From Candidatus Latescibacterota bacterium (GTDB lineage: Bacteria; Latescibacterota; UBA2968; UBA8231): DNA of 64,000 nucleotides. The notes beneath the pieces were generated by a model. It saw only the letters and a program-made list of their open reading frames with translations, did no database searches and was not told the origin of the DNA. Positions 1 to 9,248 of the stretch are shown piece by piece (within the stretch, counting starts at the first letter, position 1; every line of letters begins with the position of its first letter). A program made the translations under genes and the position numbers. The stretch is taken from NCBI GenBank assembly GCA_965215195.1, contig CBDCDC010000002.1:4384001-4448000 (forward strand), in the 5' to 3' direction.

Positions 1-1142
1 AATTGGAAATACCGGCCCCACGGCAGGCGCGGATGCTGGCCCGAGTCCTCCAACGGCAGGGACCAGAAGCTCCAGTTTTGCAGATCTTCGGCCACCGGAC
101 CGCGAAAGCCGACCGCCACGGTCGCGCCGCGCGTCTCTAGCGGTATCAGTCGATCCCATTGCTTCTTGGTCACCTCTACGTGGGCCCCTAAATCGTCAAA
201 GCCAAAATAAGCGGTCGGGCTGTCGTCGCGACCCGTGCGGATTTCCACTTGGGCGCGGGTTGGGCCGTCGGACAGCAGGAGTTGCTCCCCGTCCTTGCGC
301 CATTTGCTCACCGCCAAGCGCACCTGCCCGAAGTTGACCTCCCGCCCCAAGTCTATGATCTGCGACTCATAGGTCGCCTGCGGAGCGAACCCCCGGCCGT
401 AGATTTCCATCTCGGCAAAGGCCGAGCGCGTGACGATGGGGTCGCCGTACAGGGTAAAGCCGTCGGGGATGGCGATTAGGCGGAAGAAGCGGAGGTTTTG
501 TGCGGGAAACGCGACTTCGGTCACCGCGTCGGTGTTGCGTTCCTCGTAGGCGAGGGGGATGGCCAGCGGACAGCACGGCCCGTCGCCCCGCCAGACGAAC
601 CCGCGCTCCAGCTCCTCTTGCAGAATGCCAGTCTCGGCTTTGGCGGCCGTCAGACTATAGGATTTGAGGATGTAATTGGGCCTGAAAGGCTCATCGCTTT
701 CCGGGCTGACGCCTTCGGGAGGAAAAAAGACGAAGCGCTCTACCGGCACTTGGGTGCCCAAGTCTATGGTATAGAAAATCTGCTCTTGGTCTCGCCGCTC
801 GATGTACGTGGCCGAGTCCCCATCGACAAAGAGGAAAATTTCCGTGGCTTGGTATAGCGTGTTGTGGTTGATGTCCGTCCAGAAGCGCGGATGGCCGGCG
901 CGGAATTGCGGATCGGTGGGAAAGCGCCAGCGCTGCCAAGGGCCGAGCTGGGGCAAGATATTTTCGCGCGGATCGAGCTCAAAGGGCTGCAGTGCTTGGG
1001 AAGCGGCTGCGTCGTCTATCATCAGGCTGAAGTCCGCCACTTCTGCCGGCGAGACCCCGCCCTGCCCGCCGAACTGCCACCACTCTTGCGCCGCCCCGGG
1101 GCTGCATATTAGCGCGGCACAAGCCAACATTGCCCATCGCAC
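1..1142 (-). CDS. Secreted protein, paralogue of the 7098/11447/24212 family (3' part runs off the window)
   Basis: Absent from the ORF track because there is no stop in the window. Translated by hand from GTG 1142: MRWAMLACAALICSPGAAQEWWQFGGQGG...YTIDLGTQVPVERFVFFPPEG...WSFWSLPLEDSGQHPRLPWGRYFQ. Has a signal peptide and the family motifs DLG..V.RF.FFP and WSFWS..RYFQ. Confidence 0.85.
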   Translation of the reverse strand, partial: MRWAMLACAALICSPGAAQEWWQFGGQGGVSPAEVADFSLMIDDAAASQALQPFELDPRENILPQLGPWQRWRFPTDPQFRAGHPRFWTDINHNTLYQATEIFLFVDGDSATYIERRDQEQIFYTIDLGTQVPVERFVFFPPEGVSPESDEPFRPNYILKSYSLTAAKAETGILQEELERGFVWRGDGPCCPLAIPLAYEERNTDAVTEVAFPAQNLRFFRLIAIPDGFTLYGDPIVTRSAFAEMEIYGRGFAPQATYESQIIDLGREVNFGQVRLAVSKWRKDGEQLLLSDGPTRAQVEIRTGRDDSPTAYFGFDDLGAHVEVTKKQWDRLIPLETRGATVAVGFRGPVAEDLQNWSFWSLPLEDSGQHPRLPWGRYFQ

Positions 1143-1210
1143 CCGGCCCCCGTGTCGAGGCGAAAAGGGGTTCCCCGCTTCCGTGTAGGCTAGGGTTTGA
1201 GCGCGTTGTT

Positions 1211-1502
1211 TCACAGCAGACCTCCTCTTTTGCAACGGCCATGCAAGTTCGCCAGAGCGCAGTGTATGTCGTCGGGCGATTGGACATATACCGTCTGCAA
1301 CCCGGCGGCAGCGGCACCAGCGATATTTTCCTTGGTGTCGTCGAAGAACAAGATGTTTGCGTACGCCACGTCAATGTCGGCAGCGACGGCGTCAAAGGCC
1401 CGCCGCTCGGGCTTGCGCCGGCCGAGATCGGAGGAGACGAAGACTTTGTCGATCAATCTCGATCACCACGCCGCCGAGGTCGAATAACAGGGCCTTGACC
1501 AT
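1211..1502 (-). pseudogene. HAD-family phosphatase (YihX-like), internally deleted and frameshifted
   Basis: ATG 1502 gives MVKALLFDLGGVVIEID (HAD motif I). It joins out of frame directly to DKVFVSSDLGRRKPE...LFFDDTKENIAGA (motifs III/IV). The cap domain and motif II are missing. Confidence 0.8.
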
Positions 1503-1503
1503 C

Positions 1504-2769
1504 TCAGGTTTTGCGCTCCTTTTTCTTGGCCGCCGGGAAGAGCACGTTGTTCAGAATTAGCCGGTAGCCAGGCGAATTGGGGTGCAGGGCGAGGTTGGTC
1601 GGCGGGTCGTGGACGTGGTGCTTGTGGTCTTCCGGGTCGTGGCCGGCGTAGAAGGTGAAGGTGCCCTTGCCGACGCGGCCGTGGATGTACTTGACGCTAT
1701 CGGTGCCCTCTTCTTGGCCGAGGAGGATGACCGAGTCTTTGATCAGGGCTTGGCGGAAGGCCGTAGTCTGACCGAGGAAGCCATCGACGATGTTGGTGTG
1801 GCACTGGGTGAGCATCGTTGGCACCGGGTCGTATTTGGCGGAGAACTCGAACAGCGTGAAATACTCGGCCTCGGCCGTGCGGACCCGGCGCATGTCGTTT
1901 GGCGTGGTGTCGATGTTTGAGAATTCGTACACGAGCGGGTTGGTTTCGAGCACAAAGTTCTCAAAGGCCACGGTGCGGCTGAAGTCGAGCTTGGCTTGGG
2001 CGTTGGGGTCGGCCGCGTCGCCGTCGAAAACCGCGTGGCATATATCCACGTTGAGCGCGGCGAGGGCAATGTCAAAGGTGTCGGTGGCCGAGCACATGGC
2101 GAAGAGGAAGCCCCCCGCCGCCATGTACTCGTAGATTTTGACGATCACGGCCTTCTTTTGCTCGGAGACCTTGGCGTAGCCGAGGCGGTGCGCCATCTGC
2201 TCGTACGCGGCCTGCTGTTCGCGATACCAAACCTGATTGCTGTAGGAGCCATAGAACTTGCCGTACTGGCCGGTGAAGTCCTCGTGGTGCAGGTGCAGCC
2301 AATCGTAGTTGTCGAGCGCGCCTTGGAGCACCTCGTCGTCCCAGATTTTTTCGTAGTCGATTTGGGCGTATTCCAGCGCGAGGGTCACCGCGTCGTCCCA
2401 AGGCTGTTTGTTGGGCGGCGTGTACACGGCGATCTTCGGCACCTTTTCCAAGCGCACGACTTCCATGTTGGATGCGTCGATCTCCGCGTAGATCTGGGCG
2501 GCTTGGGCCTCGGAGATGTGCGCGGTGCTGACGCCGCGGAGGACGGCTTCGCTGGCGATGAGGGCGTGTGCTTCAACGAGGAATGCGCCGCCTCGGTAGT
2601 TGAGCAGCCACTCGACCGGAATGCCGCGCTCCAAGGTCCAGAAAGCGAGGCCATAGGCCCGCAGATGGTCGCGCTGGGAGGTGTCCATGGGCACGAGGAG
2701 CCGCTCGGCGCGGGCCGGGAGGAGGGCGAGGGTGCAAAGGGCTAGGGCAAAGAGGATGGTCATGGTCAA
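1504..2769 (-). CDS. Secreted class I glutamine-amidotransferase-like protein (family often mislabelled 'asparagine synthetase B')
   Basis: Signal peptide; LLVPMD..Q.DHLRAYG, WDDAVTLALEYA, DWLHLHHEDFTGQYGKF, FAMCSATD and GHDPED motifs recalled from this FCB family. Confidence 0.75.
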   Translation of the reverse strand: MTMTILFALALCTLALLPARAERLLVPMDTSQRDHLRAYGLAFWTLERGIPVEWLLNYRGGAFLVEAHALIASEAVLRGVSTAHISEAQAAQIYAEIDASNMEVVRLEKVPKIAVYTPPNKQPWDDAVTLALEYAQIDYEKIWDDEVLQGALDNYDWLHLHHEDFTGQYGKFYGSYSNQVWYREQQAAYEQMAHRLGYAKVSEQKKAVIVKIYEYMAAGGFLFAMCSATDTFDIALAALNVDICHAVFDGDAADPNAQAKLDFSRTVAFENFVLETNPLVYEFSNIDTTPNDMRRVRTAEAEYFTLFEFSAKYDPVPTMLTQCHTNIVDGFLGQTTAFRQALIKDSVILLGQEEGTDSVKYIHGRVGKGTFTFYAGHDPEDHKHHVHDPPTNLALHPNSPGYRLILNNVLFPAAKKKERKT

Positions 2770-3596
2770 CCGCTTTCGCGCAGGTGGCGGAGTCGTTCGA
2801 TGCGCAGGCGCGCCTCAGGGGCGCGGGCGTCGTGCGGGTGCTGGAGGAGCGCGGTCTCGCAGGTCTTGAGGGCCTGTGCAATCGCGCCTTGGTGCTCGTA
2901 GATCGCGGCTAGGCCGAGATGGGCGGCGACGACGTGCTCGCCTTGGGGGAAGCGGGCAATTTGGCGCTGATATAGGGCCATAGCCTCGTCAAGACGACCT
3001 TGTTGTACGCGCAGTCCGGCGCAGACGAGCAAGCTCCACTCGACGAGGCCCGGTTCGGCGCGATCTTCGAGGGCGGCCCAGTGCGCGTCGGCCGCTGCGC
3101 TTTGTCCCTGTCGCTCTAGAAGCTGGGCGCGGCTGAGATCGGCGAGTCCCTCAGCCGCTGCGTGTTCTTCGCAGACGGCGAGCAGGGCGAGGACATCGTT
3201 GGCAAGGGCATGGCCCGGATCGGCTGCGCCTAAAGTGGCCAAGGCGGCCGTAGCTGCGGCAAAGTCGCCGCGGAAGTAGAGCAGTTCGGCGCGGTGATAG
3301 CGGGCCGCGTACGCAGCCGGGCCGCCGCGCTTTTCCAAGTCCGCCCAAAAGAGATCGGCGCGGTCCAGCTCGCCGAGGCGCAAGCTGCACTCGGCGATCA
3401 GCATCAGGGCCGACTCGGTCCACGGCCCGCGCTGCCGCGCTTCGACCACCGCTTGCAGAGCGGTATAAGCGCCTAGGGCGTCGCGTTCCAGCAATAGGCG
3501 CGCTTGCTCAACGGCTTGACTGAGCTCCGCCGAAACGTCGGCGGCGGCGGCGGTGCTGCACAGGCCGAGGGCGCAGATGAGGGTGGATATTTTCAT
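2766..3596 (-). CDS. Secreted tetratricopeptide repeat protein
   Basis: Likely start ATG 3596 (MKISTLICALGLC), overlapping the upstream stop (ATGA); TPR-like helical repeats. Confidence 0.75.
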   Translation of the reverse strand: MKISTLICALGLCSTAAAADVSAELSQAVEQARLLLERDALGAYTALQAVVEARQRGPWTESALMLIAECSLRLGELDRADLFWADLEKRGGPAAYAARYHRAELLYFRGDFAAATAALATLGAADPGHALANDVLALLAVCEEHAAAEGLADLSRAQLLERQGQSAAADAHWAALEDRAEPGLVEWSLLVCAGLRVQQGRLDEAMALYQRQIARFPQGEHVVAAHLGLAAIYEHQGAIAQALKTCETALLQHPHDARAPEARLRIERLRHLRESG

Positions 3597-6500
3597 GGGG
3601 CTTCGTGCGCTTGTAGGTCTTGGTAGATTTGGTCGTAGTAGTGCCGGAGCAAGGCGCGGTACTCCTCGGGATAAGGACCGGCGAGGGCTTGGCGCAGGGC
3701 TTCGCGCCACAGGTCGGGCGTCTGCCCGCGATCTGCGGGCAAGGCGATTGGGCCAGCGTAGGGCTGGTCAGTGGCCGTAATGCTGCGCCGCTTTTCATCA
3801 AAGCCGCGGCTGTGGATGGAGCGGCTGGCGTCGAGCATGCGCTGGTACGTGCGCTCCTGATTTTGCCGCGTGCGCTGGTTGAGCCGCCCCCGCTGCAAGT
3901 CGGCGAGCACGTCCCGCATCTCTTCTTGTATGGCTTGCACCCGCTGTTGCGCCCCGCGGTGACCGCGCAGCGAGCGGGCGATCTCGTCGAGTGCCTGCAT
4001 GAGGCCCTGCTGCTGGGCGCTGAGGCGCGCAATTTGCCGCTGGAGCGCCGGGCCGGGCATCTGGCCCATGGCCTGCTCGGAGGCTTGGTTGAGCTGGCTT
4101 TGCTGCTCGGAGAGGCCGAGTAGCTGCTGCATGGCCTCGGCAAAAGCCGAGGGGGTCTGGGCCTTGGCGAGGTTGTCGAGACTCTCGCGCAAGAGTAGGA
4201 CGGTCTCGTTGAGATAGCGCATGGCCTCCCGCTGAGGATGGCGCGCTCCCTGCGCGTCGCGCTGGCCGAGGCGCAGGGCCGCGTCGTGCATCTCGCGCAG
4301 GGCATAGCCGATGGTTGCGCTCAGATCGGGGGCGAGGGCCAAGGTGCGCCGGCCCACGGCGGCGATGCGCTCCACGACCTGACTGGTGCCCTGCAGGAGC
4401 GCGAATTGGTCTTGGGCGCGGGCATCGGCAAACAGGCTCTCTTGGCGTTGGGATAGCTGGACGAGGTCGCGCATGGCGCGGCGCAGCTCGCGGCTGAGTT
4501 GGTCCTTTTCTGCGGCGAGGTATTCGTCTTGAAGCTGCTGCAAATCCTCGGCTAGCGCGTTGAGGTCTGCGGCTAGGGCCTGCCCGGTCTGCTGGGCCGC
4601 GCCTTGGGATTGGGTCCGCATCTGGCGCACCATCTGGCGCATCCGCTCGGAGAGTGCTTTGCGCTCTATGTCCTCGGCGCGCTGCGCTAGCTGTTCGGCG
4701 AGCGCGGGGTTTTGCGCGGTCGTGGAGGCACTCAGTTCTCGGAGCTGCTCGGCGAGCCGCTCGGTGTCGCGCTGCAAGCTGCCTTCCTGTAGCTGCTGGC
4801 GCAGGCCGCTCTGGCCGGCCGCGAGCTCGCGATTGATTTGGCTCTGGCGGCGGCCTAGCTCTGAGGCTTGCTCGACGACGGCGCGAAGCTGTTGCTCGGT
4901 CCGCACCTGTTCGAGCAGGGCAATGGTGCGGTTGAGCCGTTGCTGGAAGGCTTGCTGGTCTTCGTTAAAGCGCTTGAGGGCGTCGGCAAGGGCTTGGGGG
5001 TCTGGGTTGCTGGCGGCTTTTTGTAGTTCGGCGAGGGCCTGCTGCATTTCGGGGGTGGCGATGTCGCCCATGAGCTCGCGGATGTGGTCGAGCTTGTCGA
5101 GCAGCTCTTCGGTGCCCGTGCCCTCGGCCTTCATGGAGTCGATGGTTTTCTCCAATTCGGCCGCGAGCTCCTCTACGGAGCGGGCGCGCTCGGCTTCGGC
5201 CTCAAGCGTGGCTTCGAGTTCCTTCTTTTGCTCCCAGCTCAGCTCCTCGCTTTTGAGCAGCTCGCGGCGCACCCGTTCGACGTACGCCTGATGAGCCTGT
5301 CCTTCGGCCGCGAGTTCCTCCAAAGAAGATAGTTGTTCACTCTGGGCTTGGTCGGCCTCTGCGTAGAGTTCGTACAGGGAGGGGAAGCGCAGCGCGTACT
5401 GGCGGCTCTGACCCTTTTGCGGGCCGGACACTTGATTGTTGTCGAGGGCCTCTAGGTGGTAGTAGATGCGGTCTTCGGGCAAGAGGTTGGCGGCCGATAG
5501 GTCCCAGATGTGGCTGACGAGCACTTCGCGCTGGGGGCTGATGGGCAAAGCTCGGCGCTGTTCGGGGCCGTTGTTGACTCGATAGACCAAGGCGATTTCC
5601 TCGACGGAAAAGTCGTCGCTGGCCTCGGCCTTGAGCAGCACCTTGAGGGACTCGGGCAGGTCGCTGTCGCGGCCGGGATCGACGATGGCGATGTCCGGCT
5701 TGTGGTCTTTATGCACTTGGATGGCGTAGCGGATGGGGTCGCGGTTTGTCGCGCCCTTGCGGTCTGTGAGGGCGATGTGGTACGCACCCGGGTGCTCAAT
5801 TTGGAAGGCGACGCGGGCGGTTGCGCCATCGAGTTGGGCCGATAGGGTGTCGTCGAGGACCAAGGCGGCCTTGGACAGGGGCTTGCTGGCCGCAATTTCG
5901 AGGGCGACGCGGGTGCCGGGCAGGCCGTGTATGTCGCCGCCTTCCTCTTCGATGCGGTCGGGCAGCCGGCTGTACGCAGGGTACTGGTAGTGCAAGCGCA
6001 AGCGCTGGACGGCCGGAGGGTCGATGACGCGCACTTCGTATTCGGGCGAGCGGTCGTCGCCAGCCGCGATGGCGTAGCGGAAGGAGCGCTGGACTTGGGG
6101 GAAGGTGTAAGCGACGGAGTCGGCGCGATCGACCACGAGTTCTTCGATTTGGTAGGGTGCTTCTGGGCTTGAGCGACGCACGATGCGGGCGCGGCGCGGC
6201 TTGTGGCCGGCAAAATGCACTTGCAGGGTGGCGTCCTCGCCCTTGATGACCTCGAGGTCACCGGGTCGGACCGCGATCAGGGTGCGCGGGGGCCGCTCGT
6301 ATGCGGTGAGGGGATGGGCGCAGCGCAGCGCGGCTTGGGCGAGGTCATTGCCAAACAGTGCGCCACAGAGGAGCGCGACGGCCGCTACGCCAGCGAGCAG
6401 GCGCAGGTAGGTGTGCAGTGGGGTGCGGTCGAGGATTTGGGCCGGGGCGGCGGTGCGCAAGAGCGCGGCGGCCCGCTCACTCGCCGCCGCAAGCAGCGCG

Positions 6501-6859
6501 GGCGAGTGCAGGGCTGGGTCTGCAGCGGACAGCTCTAGTGCGCTAATCAGCCGCTGCTGGAGCGGGGGACAGCGCCTTTCGACGAAGAGGGCGAAGCGGT
6601 GCTGCGAGAGGAGCATGGGCAAGTGCCGCCTGAGGGCAAACGCCAGCACTCCCCCGGTACCCAAAAGTGCCAAGAGGCCCAAGCCCGTGCGCCAAGGCGG
6701 CGAGAGGAAAAACAGGGCTTCGAGCAGCACCCATAGCAGGGCAAACAGCAAGCCTGCGGCTAGGCCCAAGGTTAGGGTGGAGCACAAGGTCAGGCCCAAG
6801 GCGCGGCGGCGCAGTGCCGCTAGGTGTGCGAGAAGGGGTGGGAGTGGGGTGGAGTTCAT
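3593..6859 (-). CDS. DUF4175-like membrane-anchored protein (TM helices, Ig-like domains, Gln-rich coiled coil)
   Basis: N-terminal TM segments; YPAYS, ASDDFSV, YHLEALDNN..SGP motifs; coiled-coil tail ending RMLDASRS...YPEEYRALLRHYY. Confidence 0.75.
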   Translation of the reverse strand: MNSTPLPPLLAHLAALRRRALGLTLCSTLTLGLAAGLLFALLWVLLEALFFLSPPWRTGLGLLALLGTGGVLAFALRRHLPMLLSQHRFALFVERRCPPLQQRLISALELSAADPALHSPALLAAASERAAALLRTAAPAQILDRTPLHTYLRLLAGVAAVALLCGALFGNDLAQAALRCAHPLTAYERPPRTLIAVRPGDLEVIKGEDATLQVHFAGHKPRRARIVRRSSPEAPYQIEELVVDRADSVAYTFPQVQRSFRYAIAAGDDRSPEYEVRVIDPPAVQRLRLHYQYPAYSRLPDRIEEEGGDIHGLPGTRVALEIAASKPLSKAALVLDDTLSAQLDGATARVAFQIEHPGAYHIALTDRKGATNRDPIRYAIQVHKDHKPDIAIVDPGRDSDLPESLKVLLKAEASDDFSVEEIALVYRVNNGPEQRRALPISPQREVLVSHIWDLSAANLLPEDRIYYHLEALDNNQVSGPQKGQSRQYALRFPSLYELYAEADQAQSEQLSSLEELAAEGQAHQAYVERVRRELLKSEELSWEQKKELEATLEAEAERARSVEELAAELEKTIDSMKAEGTGTEELLDKLDHIRELMGDIATPEMQQALAELQKAASNPDPQALADALKRFNEDQQAFQQRLNRTIALLEQVRTEQQLRAVVEQASELGRRQSQINRELAAGQSGLRQQLQEGSLQRDTERLAEQLRELSASTTAQNPALAEQLAQRAEDIERKALSERMRQMVRQMRTQSQGAAQQTGQALAADLNALAEDLQQLQDEYLAAEKDQLSRELRRAMRDLVQLSQRQESLFADARAQDQFALLQGTSQVVERIAAVGRRTLALAPDLSATIGYALREMHDAALRLGQRDAQGARHPQREAMRYLNETVLLLRESLDNLAKAQTPSAFAEAMQQLLGLSEQQSQLNQASEQAMGQMPGPALQRQIARLSAQQQGLMQALDEIARSLRGHRGAQQRVQAIQEEMRDVLADLQRGRLNQRTRQNQERTYQRMLDASRSIHSRGFDEKRRSITATDQPYAGPIALPADRGQTPDLWREALRQALAGPYPEEYRALLRHYYDQIYQDLQAHEAP

Positions 6860-7028
6860 AGGGAATGGGCTTGGGATCGCTATATAGATGTTGCGGTGCG
6901 GAGCGTGGTTCCGCGTAGGGAGATAAAGTTAGCGCAGGGGTGCTCCCGCCGCCAGATGGCTCCCGCAGCGCGTAGGTGATAGTATGTTTTTTTATGCCGG
7001 ACATTGTTGGTCTTGTTATATTAACTCC

Positions 7029-7079
7029 CTTCTATAATAGAAGCTGATCCAGACATTATAGAAGCTGATCCAGACATTA
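7029..7079 (+). repeat. 21-bp tandem duplication overlapping a TATAAT-containing palindrome
   Basis: atagaagctgatccagacatt at 7037-7057 and 7058-7078; inverted repeat cttctat-a-atagaag at 7029-7043; followed by RBS aggaggg. Confidence 0.9.
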
Positions 7080-7097
7080 GCTAGGAGGGCAGCTCGG

Positions 7098-9242
7098 ATG
7101 AATACCTTGCGACGAGTATCGTTGATGGTCTGTGGAGTGCTCGCTTTTGCGGCGACGCTGGCAGAGGGATATAACGTCTATCGGCTCGGGGGCGAGGATG
7201 GGAACCCGTGGTCGGCGGCGATATCATATGAGCCTGGGGAGTACTTGGTCATCGGACCGGATGGCCAAGTCCAAGATCGGGTGCTATTCAGTGCCCCTGA
7301 CTCCCACCCGACGTGGAATGACACTCTGATGGTGACTGTCGATAGCACTGGGGGGCTTTGGATGCGCCCCTTCTGGGTGCCGGACACCTTGAATTTGGCG
7401 CAAGACGAGGTGCGCAACCGGATTCCACGGGGGCTGTACGACAATATCGCCGTGGGCGGGACCAATCATACTACGGGCGTAGTCGAAAGGATCCGGCCGA
7501 TGTTCGACGGCGATCCCCGAACGGCGGCCTTCTTTGCCGCTAGCAATACGGAGGATCCAGAAATTCGGAGCCAATTCGTCGTCCAGAACCTAATCGTCGA
7601 CTTTGGAGCGGACTACCCGATCAATCGGGTGCGGTTCTTCCCTCGCTTGTCCAAAACCGATACCAATATCGATCAAATCATCGCGGAGATGGCCCCGCCC
7701 AAGCTGGACAAGGAGGTCCTTGGCGAAGAGGATTTTTCCGACAATTTCCTGCCGTGGTTTGAAATCGCCGGTGCCAATAGTGTGCAAAACTTCGCCGCTC
7801 ATGCTTCCTTTAAGACCGCCGATAGCCCTTGGTTTAAAGGTATTTCCCCCCGTGAAACAGATTCCGAGAACGATTCGCGCCTGACCATTTTGCGTCGGGA
7901 TACAGAAAACCAAGAAACCATCCTCGATGCCCGTTTCCCATTGCAGTCTCTCCAGTGGATCACGATTCGCCCGCTCTACCCGACCTCCAACTGGGAAATC
8001 GCCGAGTTTCAGGTCTTCGGCAAAGGATACGTGCCTCGCGCCATCTACACCAGCGCGGTACTCGACTTTGGCGAGGAGATGGCTTGGGGCAAGATCCGCT
8101 GGAAGGGCGACTACGATCCGGGCAGCAAAGCCCTGATCCGCACCCGTTCCGGCAGCGATGGCGATCCCAACCTCTACTGGCTGCCGAGCGAGGTGGCCGG
8201 CGAGTTCAAGGCTATAACTCGGCAAGAATACGAGCGTGGCAACATCAAGAAGCGCTTTACTACCTTGGACGAGCGGCACTGGAGCTTCTGGTCAGCACCC
8301 TATCCATGGGAGGCGGGACTGGCCGATCCCACGCAGCCACCCCACGCTTGGGTGGACGGCACTGAGATCCTCTCGCCAGGTCCTTCGCGCTACTTTCAGT
8401 TCCAGCTTTTGGTGCTGTCAACTGTCGACCAGAGCACGAAGCTGCAGGAGCTAGAAATACAGTTTGCGCGGCCAGCGGCGTTGGAGGTTGTGGGCGAAAT
8501 CTGGCCGCTGGACGCGTCGCGGACCGAGAGCACCGCATTCACCTACAGTGTGCTGCCGACACTAGAGGCAAGCCACGGCTTCGACCGCCTGGAGATCTTT
8601 ACGCTGACGCGAGCCAACGCAGTGCGCTCGGTGCGGGTCGACGGCGTCGAGGTCAGCGGTACACATCCGCCCGAAATACTCGATGATCGCATCGTCGTCG
8701 GTTTTCCTAAGCTGGCCGGACAGGACGATACGTTCAAGCTAATCGAAGTGGAATTCGACGCACGGGTGGTGCGCTACGGCACCCAGTTCCAGGGCTGGAT
8801 ATTCGACAGCGAGGCCAACGAGGTCAAACAGCTCGTTTCTCCCGGAGACGCAACCGTTGACTTTCCAGGCAATGCGCTGGGGGTGCGCACGGTAGGGTTG
8901 GGCGACGCGCTCTTAGCGGAGGTGGAGGTCTCGCCCAACCCGTTTACGCCCAACGGGGATGGGATCAACGACTGGGCGCGATTCCAATTCCAGTTGCACG
9001 AGGTCTCAACTCCGCGGATGCTGACGGTCAATATCTATGACCTATCGGGGCGTCAGGTACGACAACTACAAGAGCAAAATGCAGTGCGCGGCCTCTTCGG
9101 GGAAGAGGCTGGCATTCTGGCTTGGGATGGGATGGACGATCAGGGTGGCAAGGTGAGGCCGGGAATCTATTTATACCGGGTTGCCCTCAACGCCGATCGC
9201 GGCGAGGAAGTGCAAGTGGGGACCCTCTCGCTGGCGTACTGA
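7098..9242 (+). CDS. Secreted protein with C-terminal FlgD-Ig / T9SS type-B-like sorting domain
   Basis: Signal peptide; discoidin-like DFG..INRVRFFPR and EIAEFQVFG; C-terminal PNPFTPNGDGIND...WDGMDDQG..V.PGIYLY...LAY. Confidence 0.8.
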   Translation: MNTLRRVSLMVCGVLAFAATLAEGYNVYRLGGEDGNPWSAAISYEPGEYLVIGPDGQVQDRVLFSAPDSHPTWNDTLMVTVDSTGGLWMRPFWVPDTLNLAQDEVRNRIPRGLYDNIAVGGTNHTTGVVERIRPMFDGDPRTAAFFAASNTEDPEIRSQFVVQNLIVDFGADYPINRVRFFPRLSKTDTNIDQIIAEMAPPKLDKEVLGEEDFSDNFLPWFEIAGANSVQNFAAHASFKTADSPWFKGISPRETDSENDSRLTILRRDTENQETILDARFPLQSLQWITIRPLYPTSNWEIAEFQVFGKGYVPRAIYTSAVLDFGEEMAWGKIRWKGDYDPGSKALIRTRSGSDGDPNLYWLPSEVAGEFKAITRQEYERGNIKKRFTTLDERHWSFWSAPYPWEAGLADPTQPPHAWVDGTEILSPGPSRYFQFQLLVLSTVDQSTKLQELEIQFARPAALEVVGEIWPLDASRTESTAFTYSVLPTLEASHGFDRLEIFTLTRANAVRSVRVDGVEVSGTHPPEILDDRIVVGFPKLAGQDDTFKLIEVEFDARVVRYGTQFQGWIFDSEANEVKQLVSPGDATVDFPGNALGVRTVGLGDALLAEVEVSPNPFTPNGDGINDWARFQFQLHEVSTPRMLTVNIYDLSGRQVRQLQEQNAVRGLFGEEAGILAWDGMDDQGGKVRPGIYLYRVALNADRGEEVQVGTLSLAY

Positions 9243-9248
9243 TCTAAG

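Noticed and set aside
7037-7079. Possible CRISPR repeat
   Set aside because: Two directly adjacent 21-bp copies, no spacer, no cas genes.
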